A program made the translations under genes and the position numbers. The notes beneath the pieces were generated by a model. The model was not told the origin of the DNA. It saw only the letters and a program-made list of their open reading frames with translations, and searched no databases. Of a stretch of DNA of 37,135 bases, positions 1 to 8,792 are shown one piece after another (positions within the stretch are counted from its first letter, which is position 1; each line of letters opens with the position of its first letter). Source of the stretch: a virus (taxonomy: Duplodnaviria; Caudoviricetes); the IMG/VR virus record IMGVR_UViG_3300048611_000244, positions 1-37,135 of that record; one strand, written 5' to 3'.

Positions 1-216
1 GGCTATGATGGTATCAAACCAACTGTTTTTATCCTCTCCTTGTGGACCCTGGGGCCCTGTAGATCCAATTGAAGGATTCCCTCCAAGAGTGTACATAGCC
101 AGATATCGCTGAGGCAGAGTAACAAGCCCTGCTTTCTCAATTGATTTGATATAGTCAACTGGAATTCCCGGTTGATCTGGTCGGAGATATACAAGATTGA
201 GAGGTAACTCACTCAT
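1..216 (-). CDS. Virion/tail-associated protein with a short collagen-like stretch, truncated at the window edge (MSELPLNLVYLRPDQPG...GSTGPQGPQGEDKNSWFDTIIA>)
   Basis: Hand-translated. ATG at 216 overlaps the TGA of the upstream gene (ATGA) and the frame is open to base 1. Not in the ORF track, which lists another frame. Confidence 0.7.
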   Translation of the reverse strand, partial: MSELPLNLVYLRPDQPGIPVDYIKSIEKAGLVTLPQRYLAMYTLGGNPSIGSTGPQGPQGEDKNSWFDTIIA

Positions 217-806
217 CGGGTACCCTCCCGGATCATATCAATATCAAGAGAGAATACTCGTTGAACACCTCCAACAGCATCAATAGCTTCACAGTCTAGA
301 TAAGCCTTTGTAAATTTTAAAGCAGCTGTTTCTGCAGCAGTAAGGAAGAGTTGAATTGAAGCGTCGTTTTCAACAGTAATGATTTTACCGTTAGCAGTAG
401 TCAGATCGGCTAGGATTTCTCCTTTATGTACTCGAGATCTGAGCTGGGCCCTAAAGGTCATGTCAGTGATGTCTGTTGGTTGATAATAAGTAATTTCACC
501 AGTACCAATGACCCATTCACAAGCCACTGTGCTTACGGGCATTGCAAAATGATCTTCATCAATATAAGTGGCATGCATGATTGCCAAATTCTTACTATTT
601 AGAATATCCATGCCCTCAACTCCCGAGATAATCACGGGTGTTGGTGATTGATCTGGTAAACCATGAGCAGTGACTTGAATTTTAGTTGGGTACCCAGGAT
701 CTATTTCTTCAATAGGAGCTCGAAAGACACCACCTGCATACCAATTTAGAGTAGGCTTCCAATCTGCTCCTTGAAGCATCTCAATTTTGTAATGAGGTGC
801 ACTCAT
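213..806 (-). CDS. Putative tail/baseplate adaptor protein with an inserted FCCH-like beta domain
   Basis: IEEIDPGYPTKIQVTAHGL...VIISGVEGMDILN resembles the phage E1-FCCH-type domain. DITDMTFRAQLR...LTAAETAAL resembles common phage adaptor proteins. Late operon context. Confidence 0.55.
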   Translation of the reverse strand: MSAPHYKIEMLQGADWKPTLNWYAGGVFRAPIEEIDPGYPTKIQVTAHGLPDQSPTPVIISGVEGMDILNSKNLAIMHATYIDEDHFAMPVSTVACEWVIGTGEITYYQPTDITDMTFRAQLRSRVHKGEILADLTTANGKIITVENDASIQLFLTAAETAALKFTKAYLDCEAIDAVGGVQRVFSLDIDMIREGTR

Positions 807-817
807 TCTAATCTCCT

Positions 818-1129
818 TTACCCAATCCAGAATAATTTAACTAAATTAGCGATACCAATAATGCTAAGTAACAGTATTGCACCAAAAATACGATTTTTTC
901 CTATTTCAAGATCAGTAAGTCTTTTATTTACTACTACCATTATTTGTTCAAATTGTGGTCGTGTAATAACTCCTTGCCGGAGCTCATTTAAGTGCTCCAT
1001 ATTTCGTCTGTTTTCAGTGTAAGCAATCTCAACTGCTTTATCTCGTAAACGTAATTCAGTATTAAACCATTTTTCAATCCAATTTCTGACATCTGAATAT
1101 TCACGATAAGTTATAAATTTATGATTCAT
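818..1129 (-). CDS. Coiled-coil protein with a C-terminal transmembrane helix (possible lysis/holin-like)
   Basis: C-terminal IFGAILLLSIIGIANLVKLFWIG is hydrophobic; overlaps the upstream gene. Confidence 0.5.
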   Translation of the reverse strand: MNHKFITYREYSDVRNWIEKWFNTELRLRDKAVEIAYTENRRNMEHLNELRQGVITRPQFEQIMVVVNKRLTDLEIGKNRIFGAILLLSIIGIANLVKLFWIG

Positions 1130-1535
1130 TATAAATTCCTAATTCTTGGCAAGTAGGTAAATTAAAATCAGTGCCAAAATAATCTTTCCATTGATCTCGT
1201 AGTTCATCTCTACGTTCTAATGCATAACGTTGAGCTACTGTATTACCATCCTTTTGGGCACGACAGAACCTTTCTTGGGCATTGATAATGTCTTCTTTTA
1301 AACGGGATATTTCTAACTTATTTACCGCGGAGGTCAAATTAGTTTCAATTTGAATAACTGTTGCAGAAAGTTTGTCATAGTCTGATTCAAGCACATAACC
1401 TGGCACTCCTGGCATCCAACCACTTGCTACAGTGATATGCCATGCTATTGCAAACGTTACTATGATACGCCACACAGCTGTTCGTTGCTCCGGGGCTAAG
1501 TCAGCCAGAAGTAGGCTTTTAACAAACCCAATCAT
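1119..1535 (-). CDS. Membrane protein with N-terminal TM helix and coiled coil (possible lysis-related)
   Basis: WRIIVTFAIAWHITVASGW hydrophobic segment, then a heptad-like region and two Cys. Confidence 0.5.
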   Translation of the reverse strand: MIGFVKSLLLADLAPEQRTAVWRIIVTFAIAWHITVASGWMPGVPGYVLESDYDKLSATVIQIETNLTSAVNKLEISRLKEDIINAQERFCRAQKDGNTVAQRYALERRDELRDQWKDYFGTDFNLPTCQELGIYNES

Positions 1536-1618
1536 GACTGTTTTACCCAGTTTAAATGTCGCATTTTTAGGCCTCTCCGTAGATTAAATTACTATCCATG
1601 CGACACTAAAATAATATG

Positions 1619-1647
1619 ATTCTATTTTTAATGCCTGTCATTGTGAA
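1619..1647 (-). promoter_or_regulatory. Candidate sigma70 promoter (TTCACA-N17-TAGAAT) for the membrane-protein genes
   Basis: Near-consensus hexamers with 17-nt spacing in the intergenic gap; N4 late genes use host sigma70 RNAP. Confidence 0.45.
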
Positions 1648-1701
1648 TGAAATATTTCTTTAGAGCAACCGCTACCTTCTGCCATTGGGTGAGGAAGTTC
1701 A

Positions 1702-2511
1702 TCATGCCGCTGTCAGGCTTGCGTTGACGAAATAGCCGCATTTGATGGTGGTGTTTTCGCCGCCGGATGCGTTGCCGTCCACGAAGCGCAAGCCGTTGGG
1801 GCCGGAACTGTTGGACGGCGTGGTTGTTACCGGGCTAGCACTTGTGTCCGACCACATAGCAACGGTCGTGTCATCAACGTAAATCCAGATCCGATTTGCA
1901 CTACCGAACGCAATGCCCGTATCAACGTCTGTCCCGATTGTGTAGGTGGTCGCGTTCAAGTCCTTCGCTACGCGAAAGTTCACATAATGCTTGTTGGTCC
2001 CGTCGTCATAAGCCGTGACAAACATGGAATTAGCTATACCGCTTGCCAGCTCAGTAGATGCTGAAAGCTGGTCAATTACCGCGAAGGTAAACGTCTGCGC
2101 TGAAGTCGGCGCGGTAGCCTCGATACGGAACCTGCCGCTGGAGGTGATATTTCGCATCCGTGCCAACCCACCGTCTACGTCATAGTCATAATCTGTCGGC
2201 TTGGTTCCTGCCGGGGCTGTATCGCTGAAGCCACTCCACGAATCAGGGTCAACGCCCTCGGCCTCGCTAAACATCACACTAGCCGCGCTGTGCGTAGTCG
2301 CATCACCAAACGGGAATGCATGAATCAGGCCAGAATGGCCATCAACTTCCAGCGCGGTGTAGTAAATCATCACCAGATCACCGAGTCCGGTTATGATTAT
2401 TTCCTCGCCGTCAACCCACGGATCGCCTGAGGACTCAGCAGCGGCTATGGTCGCGTATTCGTGCAGTCCACCCCCAACCTGCTGCTGCAACACTCCTAGT
2501 GGCAAGAACAT
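1702..2511 (-). CDS. Putative receptor-binding/tail-fibre partner protein (beta-rich, lectin-like)
   Basis: Likely start MFLPLGVLQQQ at 2511 (TAATG coupling). T/S/G/D-rich and visibly GC-richer than its flanks. Confidence 0.55.
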   Translation of the reverse strand: MFLPLGVLQQQVGGGLHEYATIAAAESSGDPWVDGEEIIITGLGDLVMIYYTALEVDGHSGLIHAFPFGDATTHSAASVMFSEAEGVDPDSWSGFSDTAPAGTKPTDYDYDVDGGLARMRNITSSGRFRIEATAPTSAQTFTFAVIDQLSASTELASGIANSMFVTAYDDGTNKHYVNFRVAKDLNATTYTIGTDVDTGIAFGSANRIWIYVDDTTVAMWSDTSASPVTTTPSNSSGPNGLRFVDGNASGGENTTIKCGYFVNASLTAA

Positions 2512-3644
2512 TATGCAGTGCCTCCAATTACAACCCACTCATTAGTGGCACGTTTCCATAAACTAAGAGCTTTCCATTGTCCTGCTGCAAGAACATCTCC
2601 TCTGAGAGTAACCCCTGCACCAGCAATGATGCTTGTTTCACCGGCACCTCCTTGAATAATATCTATACGGGTATCAATTGGAAAAGCTACAGTAGAATTT
2701 GGGGGAACTGTAACCTCATTTGCTGCAGCATTAGTCATTTGTAGGAGCTTACCGGCATCTGCTAATACCAATGTATATGTAGTTCCTGTTTGTAAATTCT
2801 GACCTAGATATTTTGTGACATCTCCCAAAATTACATCAGCAACAATTGCATTTAATTCAGCAAGAGTATTTATATCCTCTTCCTGTAGAGCAGTATCAGC
2901 AGAAGCTCCTTGTGCTGCCGTAGCAAAAGATCCAACATCTTCAAAAGCAGCCGAACCTACATCTTCTGGTTGTAAGGCTGAATCAGCTAATGCTCCTTGA
3001 GCCTGAGTTGCAAAATCTCCAGCATCACCTAGATCAGCATCGCCAAGAATAGCGTTTAATTCGGCTAAGGTATCAATGTCTCCAGGTTGGAGAGCAGTAT
3101 CTGCTTTAGTACCTTGAAGGGATGTAGCAAAAGCACTTGTATCTTGATATGCAGCTGAGCCTACATCAGAAGATTGTAAAGCTGAATCTGCTAACAGTCC
3201 TTGGGCTGCTGTAGCGAATGCAGAGGCGTCTATATTGCGATTTACCAACGTCCACCCAGTTTCATCGACTGGATCATCACTATTGGCAATCATGAGGTCT
3301 CCGGCCTCTACAGGAGCTGTGAAGAACATTCCTGCAACAGTAACTACATAAGCATCACCTGTTGCAATGGGAATTGCAGCTCCGGTGGTGAGATCTGGAG
3401 TGTTAGTAGAAGCGTTCCAGCCGCCTTTATGCTCATAGAGCCCTTCAACTGCTCCATCAATAAGTGCTTGAGCTTCTGCTTCAGTGATCCAGTCTGCAAT
3501 TGTGCCATCACCCAAGGCTTCAGCTAGTTCAAGAATCTCTTCAAGATTATCTGCAACCAATTTGACATTGTCATAGGCTGAATCAATGAATCTTTGAACC
3601 AAATCTGCAGTTGGTGGGGCGAATTTGTTTCTAAGATTCTTCAT
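2511..3644 (-). CDS. Tail fibre/appendage protein with internal repeats
   Basis: Repeated FAT.AQG..AD.ALQ units; C-terminal YTLVLADAGK...VTVPPNSTVAFPI...WVVIG domain typical of tail fibres; TAATG-coupled start at 3644. Confidence 0.75.
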   Translation of the reverse strand: MKNLRNKFAPPTADLVQRFIDSAYDNVKLVADNLEEILELAEALGDGTIADWITEAEAQALIDGAVEGLYEHKGGWNASTNTPDLTTGAAIPIATGDAYVVTVAGMFFTAPVEAGDLMIANSDDPVDETGWTLVNRNIDASAFATAAQGLLADSALQSSDVGSAAYQDTSAFATSLQGTKADTALQPGDIDTLAELNAILGDADLGDAGDFATQAQGALADSALQPEDVGSAAFEDVGSFATAAQGASADTALQEEDINTLAELNAIVADVILGDVTKYLGQNLQTGTTYTLVLADAGKLLQMTNAAANEVTVPPNSTVAFPIDTRIDIIQGGAGETSIIAGAGVTLRGDVLAAGQWKALSLWKRATNEWVVIGGTA

Positions 3645-4363
3645 TAGAGCCACCCACCTTCTGTAAAGCGATCATTATCTTGATCGGTAGTAATGTAAAG
3701 GCCAATTCGGTTTATATCATTGATTTTAGCAACATATTTTCGATAATAATCATTTGCTTCTGGCTTTTCAGTATTGATTCCTGCGTAAACACGGGATGCT
3801 ACATAGAAAAGCAAGGCTTCTCGTAGCTGGCGAGGCACTTCAACATATACTTCGTCAGGAGCCATCCCATCTACATATGAAATGGTTGGGTGATCAGCCC
3901 TATATTGAACTGCGAGAGTATTAAAATCGTTGGGCCAGGGAACCTGAATGGTATTAAATCGAGGTGTAAAGACACTGAGTTCTTCTTGAGGATCATTTAG
4001 ACGAAGTAAATTACCACCTTCATCATATACTTCTTCAATTTTAAGAACATTATCGTTGAAGGGATTTGCTACGGTATCAATAATGTACTTTGGATCTTCG
4101 GTTGAGGCTGCATTACTGGATGCCCAGCGATAATCCAAATGATATAGGGCAATTTGTTCATGCAATTCAACGTAACATTCTTCACTTCTTAGCAAGAATT
4201 CAGTATAGATAGCAGTTAGGCCTAAATTAATATGACGAATTAGCTGCAGATATGATCGTGGATCAGGTTCTGATTCCGGATCATTCATATTGAAGGCACC
4301 GATTTTCAAATTTGAAAATTCGCCACCACTAAGATCAATAAAAATATCATGAAGAGTGATCAT
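3644..4363 (-). CDS. N4 gp67-like virion (head-tail adaptor) protein
   Basis: Directly downstream of TerL. LS.GEFSNL, INLGLTAIY..F and EALLFYVASR motifs match N4-like gp67 homologues as I recall them. Confidence 0.7.
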   Translation of the reverse strand: MITLHDIFIDLSGGEFSNLKIGAFNMNDPESEPDPRSYLQLIRHINLGLTAIYTEFLLRSEECYVELHEQIALYHLDYRWASSNAASTEDPKYIIDTVANPFNDNVLKIEEVYDEGGNLLRLNDPQEELSVFTPRFNTIQVPWPNDFNTLAVQYRADHPTISYVDGMAPDEVYVEVPRQLREALLFYVASRVYAGINTEKPEANDYYRKYVAKINDINRIGLYITTDQDNDRFTEGGWL

Positions 4364-6018
4364 ACCAAGTACGACTCCAGTGCTGAGGGCTCATTAGGCC
4401 GTTGCAAATCCCCGTAGATATCATCTTCTGCGGGATTAGAATCGGGGGGTAGCTCACTGGGTTTCCAGACTGTCATTGCCCCAAGCATGGATATAGTATC
4501 AGCAAAATCATCTTTCTTCGACTTGAATCCACTTGGAGAAATCAATGTAAGTTCATTGATTGCTTCCGTAATGGGCTGAGAATGTTGCAACTCCTCAGGA
4601 AAGAAGATTTTCCGTGCCTTAAACCATGGTACCACAAGATTAAATCTTTGCATTTTGTTAGTGACAGGGCGAATACCAGGAGCACCACTATTCTTGTCAC
4701 TGGCAAGAGTAAACCAGATATTTCGATTGGCTTGTTCAGACTGGATCCATTGAATAAATCCTTGTTGCTGCCCCGAGACTTCAATACCAACACTCTGAGG
4801 GCCCCATTTCTGAACCAGGCGAAAGAGATCATCAATATTTTTATCCATGGTTTGGCGCCGGCAGATGCCATCTACCCAAAACCAGTCACCATTTGAATTC
4901 AGAGCCCATACGGAAATAACAGAGAAGTCCGCGGCTTGCTTATCAGAAGTAGCGAAGTCAGTTGTAATGTAGAAATTGTAGGCTTGTCGATTGTTAGTAA
5001 CAGTAGAGAGGTGGTACCAACCAATCTCATCATCCTGAACCAGTCGATCTTCTTCAGACATGATTCGGAGCATTAATTCCTGATTAAAAGTATCAATCTT
5101 CCCTATTTTCTTAGCCTGACGATATTGATTCAATACATAATCGTAGGTAAATCTATCAGACCAGGCTCCTCTGAACTCTTCTCGAGTACAAGGGAACTGT
5201 TCACATACTGGATAGACATTTACTGTCCAAGCACCCGACTCTACAGCCTTATACAAGGGATCTCTGGCGTTAAAGGGAGTTCCACTCCAAATAATTAGTT
5301 TATTTGTGGGGTGGAGAGCGTAGTCAATAGCTTTATAGACCACATCTTCAACACTGGCGATAACAGTATCACTGCGAGCATCTTCATCAGAGATTAAATC
5401 ATCAAGAACTGCCAATACAGGTCGAGTATTTAACTCTACAGTACCACGGACACCAGTTTTGGCACCATGGCCCGTAACAACAAACTCATTTCCTTCTTTA
5501 TTTTTAAAGTACCAACGAATATCAGTGAATTTTGTAGCGTCAGTGTTCAAAAATTCTCTAAGAAAGGTGCTATTTTCAACTCGTCGTTCAAGACGGAGTC
5601 GCATTTTCTTCACACCATTGTCGATGCTGTCTGAAACGTACAAAGCATATGGTACTTTCCCAAAACCAGGTAATTTTCCATATACAGCAATGAAGAGAAA
5701 GAGATATTCGGCGAGAACAGTGGTTTTAGCTGAGCCACGAAAGCAGAGATTAACAATATTCTTACCTGGCTCTCGATCTACTACCTGATCCAGCATCCAC
5801 ATATGCATGACTGGAGTTTTATTCTCTTCACCTCGAGGTCCATTAACCATCTTGATGAAATTAATGAACTCCAAGGCAAAGGTACTTGGTACATAATCAG
5901 CAGGTACTTCATATGAAATATTATTTAGATAATCAACAACGGAAGTTCCTTCAGCTACATCATCTGAAAGGAATTCCTCAAGCTCTTCCATAAGCGGATC
6001 CATCAGGAAATGATCCAA
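4360..6018 (-). CDS. terL: Terminase large subunit (N4 gp68-like)
   Basis: Walker A-like FRGSAKTT, Walker B VLAVLDD, coupling motif SGTPF, RNase H-like nuclease TTDFA...DFS and DDFADT. Confidence 0.95.
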   Translation of the reverse strand: MDHFLMDPLMEELEEFLSDDVAEGTSVVDYLNNISYEVPADYVPSTFALEFINFIKMVNGPRGEENKTPVMHMWMLDQVVDREPGKNIVNLCFRGSAKTTVLAEYLFLFIAVYGKLPGFGKVPYALYVSDSIDNGVKKMRLRLERRVENSTFLREFLNTDATKFTDIRWYFKNKEGNEFVVTGHGAKTGVRGTVELNTRPVLAVLDDLISDEDARSDTVIASVEDVVYKAIDYALHPTNKLIIWSGTPFNARDPLYKAVESGAWTVNVYPVCEQFPCTREEFRGAWSDRFTYDYVLNQYRQAKKIGKIDTFNQELMLRIMSEEDRLVQDDEIGWYHLSTVTNNRQAYNFYITTDFATSDKQAADFSVISVWALNSNGDWFWVDGICRRQTMDKNIDDLFRLVQKWGPQSVGIEVSGQQQGFIQWIQSEQANRNIWFTLASDKNSGAPGIRPVTNKMQRFNLVVPWFKARKIFFPEELQHSQPITEAINELTLISPSGFKSKKDDFADTISMLGAMTVWKPSELPPDSNPAEDDIYGDLQRPNEPSALESYLV

Positions 6019-6025
6019 AAGGTAT

Positions 6026-6775
6026 TCATTTCACAACTTCTCCTTCTGAAGTGATATCAATAATATTACTTTCAGCTACTTCTACAACAGATATGTGACC
6101 TTGTTCAATGGATTTACGTTGGGCATCTACCAATTTGCTCATAGCATCGGTCAATCGTTGTACTGAATCATCTTGCTTAATAGCAATATCCAGTTCAAGT
6201 TTTGCAGCATCAGGGCGTTTCAAGTGTCTAAGTAGGCTATCTGCAGCCTCACTTCTAACTTTTTCGCTTCTAGCAGTCTGCATTAATACTAATTGCTGGT
6301 TCAGAGCTTTCTGGAATAGATCAGCATTCAGTACCCAGGTTGGAACCATGGTCTGTTCGAGGATTCGATTAACCATTTGGCCTTTGTTGTAGGCTGCTAC
6401 CAAGCTTCTTAGATAATCAGCAGATTTCTTTTCATCACAGAGTCGTTGATAACGCTCTGGAAAAGTCTTAACCCAGCTGTTCTGATTAGTGAATCCCATT
6501 AACTTGTAGCTGACATACTTAACAGCCTTGATGTATCCAGTGATTGTGGTATTGGGATCCTGTAGAACATCGCAATAACTGATAATGTTATTACGAAAAT
6601 ATTCTCGATACTCTGGTTCCACCATCAGATGGTTTAACTCATCTACCAGAGATTGGGTAATATTCTGTTTTTGACGAGTAGGCATTACAGCTTTTAACTG
6701 CTCAACACTCAATGCCGGAGTATCCTCCAGCACTGGCGCTGTTATTGCTTGAGAATTATTGATTTCTTCAGTCAT
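6026..6775 (-). CDS. N4 gp69-like protein (putative terminase small subunit)
   Basis: YIKAVKYVSYKLMG, TFPERY and ARSEKVRSEAADSLLRHLK motifs; immediately upstream of TerL. Confidence 0.8.
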   Translation of the reverse strand: MTEEINNSQAITAPVLEDTPALSVEQLKAVMPTRQKQNITQSLVDELNHLMVEPEYREYFRNNIISYCDVLQDPNTTITGYIKAVKYVSYKLMGFTNQNSWVKTFPERYQRLCDEKKSADYLRSLVAAYNKGQMVNRILEQTMVPTWVLNADLFQKALNQQLVLMQTARSEKVRSEAADSLLRHLKRPDAAKLELDIAIKQDDSVQRLTDAMSKLVDAQRKSIEQGHISVVEVAESNIIDITSEGEVVK

Positions 6776-6929
6776 CCATAAGTCTCACGGCTTTAGTGGC
6801 AGCTCGCCAACCTTCTTTCTGGCGATCACCAAGTTCATCCCAGGTAGGCAAAGGCTTACCATCGAAAGTAGTTCCACCTACAGAAGCAGCATAGGCTTCC
6901 CAGGCAATCTGTGCATCTTCAGGGCCCAT
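6768..6929 (-). CDS. Small phage protein, 53 aa (MGPEDAQIAWEAYAASVGGTTFDGKPLPTWDELGDRQKEGWRAATKAVRLMDD)
   Basis: Hand-translated, below the ORF-track cutoff. TAATG-coupled to the upstream ORF and fills the gap to the gp69-like gene. Confidence 0.8.
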   Translation of the reverse strand: MGPEDAQIAWEAYAASVGGTTFDGKPLPTWDELGDRQKEGWRAATKAVRLMDD

Positions 6930-7225
6930 TAGTCGATATCTCTATAACCAGCAGGCGGACATTCACCTGAGATTGATCCAGGAAGCGGCTGCTCCGCAGC
7001 CTCTGCGGAATCCTGCTCTGCAGATTCATTTTCAGCTTCCGCAGCAGCTTCCTGCTCACCGAGATCTGTCAGATTCTCTTCAGCTAGATCTACAACATCT
7101 GGACGACCGGGCCCTTCACTACCATCAGGAATAACCTGAGGAGTCGTTTCACGAACAATAGGCCCTCGAGTACCAGGACCATCCTTAAACTCTCTCAGTG
7201 TACGCTTTTCATTACCTTCACTCAT
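6929..7225 (-). CDS. Acidic hypothetical protein, first gene of the late operon
   Basis: Strong SD (AAAGGAGA) upstream; E/A-rich. Confidence 0.7.
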   Translation of the reverse strand: MSEGNEKRTLREFKDGPGTRGPIVRETTPQVIPDGSEGPGRPDVVDLAEENLTDLGEQEAAAEAENESAEQDSAEAAEQPLPGSISGECPPAGYRDID

Positions 7226-7267
7226 TTCAGTCTCCTTTCAAGCTACTATTGGACAAAGTGCGACAGA

Positions 7268-7297
7268 AGAATACCTGTTAAATAAAGAATAAGTCAA
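7268..7297 (-). promoter_or_regulatory. Candidate sigma70 late promoter (TTGACT-N18-TATTCT)
   Basis: Near-consensus hexamers about 40 nt upstream of the first late gene. Confidence 0.55.
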
Positions 7298-7339
7298 CTA
7301 CAGGATATCTATCTCATATTTTAAATTAGCCCCTTTTTG

Positions 7340-7560
7340 TAAATTATAAGAAATATTATTTTAGAAACCGAAAAATATTTTCAGATTTCGAGGGTGACAG
7401 AAAAACAACATAATTACGTGTCAAGGTAGAAAATTATAATTATTTTGAAAATTTTCTTATACAGGAATGCACACAATTAACTACCAAGGTAGTAAAAATA
7501 TTTTTCAGAATTTGAGGATGACAGAGAATTTACATAATTAACTGCTAAGGTAGTACTACC
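7340..7560. repeat. Degenerate ~62-bp periodic repeats in the probable terminal-repeat region
   Basis: AAGGTAG at 7423, 7486 and 7547, each preceded by AATTA. AAAATATTTT(T)CAGA.TT.GAGG.TGACAGA occurs at ~7372 and ~7495. Confidence 0.7.
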
Positions 7561-7762
7561 TGTGAGAGCGACACCAAAGCAACACTCCCCCCCTAGGCAC
7601 CCGTTTTCCTGCTCCCGATGTGGTACCCCAGGTCTCCCAAGAGCGACACGGAGGTGCCCATTGGCTTCGTTCCTTCTTATTGCCGTGCCATCCTGACAGC
7701 TTCTTGAGAGTGATATGGGCCATGTGGCTCATACTTACTCAATCACACAGGAGAATACTGTC

Positions 7763-8053
7763 ATGAGTAATTACACGCTGGAAGTCTCGACCTCACGCTC
7801 CTTTGACTTCAAGGATCGGGTGGGCTTTACCACTGGCAACGTCCAGGACAACAACATCAAACGTACGTTCAACCGTGCGGTGGCTGCTGTTGAGGCTGGT
7901 CAGATCATACCCGTTGAGGCTGGTTCAGACGAAGAGTACACCGTCATCCAGTGCTTCATGCGAGTCCGCAAGAGCAACCCGGAGAACGTCCAGGCTCCAT
8001 CCTTCGTGACTGCTGACGGAGAAAACATCGAGCTCGACGATCTGATCTCGTAG
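7763..8053 (+). CDS. First early gene, acidic C-terminus (possibly an N4 gp2-like ssDNA-binding coactivator)
   Basis: SD AGGAGA before ATG 7763; followed by a terminator. The gp2-like function is a guess from position only. Confidence 0.6.
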   Translation: MSNYTLEVSTSRSFDFKDRVGFTTGNVQDNNIKRTFNRAVAAVEAGQIIPVEAGSDEEYTVIQCFMRVRKSNPENVQAPSFVTADGENIELDDLIS

Positions 8054-8066
8054 GTCGCAATCATCA

Positions 8067-8105
8067 GGTAGGGGAGTGCCATCTGGTACTCTCCTACCGT
8101 TTTTT
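8067..8105 (+). terminator. Intrinsic terminator
   Basis: GGTAGGGGAGTGCCA/TGGTACTCTCCTACC stem followed by GTTTTTT. Confidence 0.85.
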
Positions 8106-8327
8106 GGCCTGGAGATAGAGGAAAGAGAGAAAATATAAACTCTGTAAGAGTATGAAAGTAGAGGGAAATTAGAGGGATATTACTACCTTTTCTTATATTC
8201 CTTGTTATGATTGATACCATCTATTACTTTCTTACTTGTTATAGTTATGTTCTATCTCTGTTCTCTATCCAGAGGGGATTATAAATATACTCTCTTCTAT
8301 CCTAATGTCAATACCGAGGATAACACT

Positions 8328-8708
8328 ATGAATGTACTCTCATCAGTCACCCGTACTATCGGTACAATCTTTGATACTGCAACTCAAGGCTTTATTGCTT
8401 TGAATCACCTTGCAAGAGGTGCTGCAGAACGTACCGTTGTTATTGAAGAAAAGAGTGTTGCTGCTGCAGCAATGTCTCAACTCCAGAACCACCATGATGT
8501 TGCTCGTCGCTTACAGGACTTGTATAAGAACAATGCTGACCTTTCCAGAGAAGCTATTGAAGAAGGTAAGGCTTTCCTGGATATGTACAAGGCTGAACGT
8601 AAGCTGCGTGAAACACCAGTAGTAGTTGCACGATTCAAAGAGAAAGCAAAACAGGCTGTAAAGAATAAGGCCAATAAAGCTCAATCCTTTGAAGAAGTAA
8701 CTGCGTAA
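8328..8708 (+). CDS. Early hypothetical protein
   Basis: SD GAGGA before ATG 8328; the upstream in-frame extension is probably non-coding. Confidence 0.7.
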   Translation: MNVLSSVTRTIGTIFDTATQGFIALNHLARGAAERTVVIEEKSVAAAAMSQLQNHHDVARRLQDLYKNNADLSREAIEEGKAFLDMYKAERKLRETPVVVARFKEKAKQAVKNKANKAQSFEEVTA

Positions 8709-8792
8709 ATTAATAGTGTTCCCGTCTCGGATACTATACCGTTAATGCTTAGGTAAGCAACGGGAACACTCTTTCTTTCCTTAATAAAGACC

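Noticed and set aside
3-212. ORF-track 69-aa ORF
   Set aside because: The frame starting at ATG 216 is translationally coupled, stays open and has a collagen-like motif, so it is the better gene.
7340-7560. Possible CRISPR array (period ~62 bp)
   Set aside because: The repeats are short and degenerate, the spacers resemble each other, and there is no cas operon; the gp42-like nuclease is a core N4 gene.
8211-8327. Signal-peptide-like N-terminal extension of the 8328 ORF
   Set aside because: It comes from the T-rich arm of the inverted repeat and lacks an SD; ATG 8328 has one.
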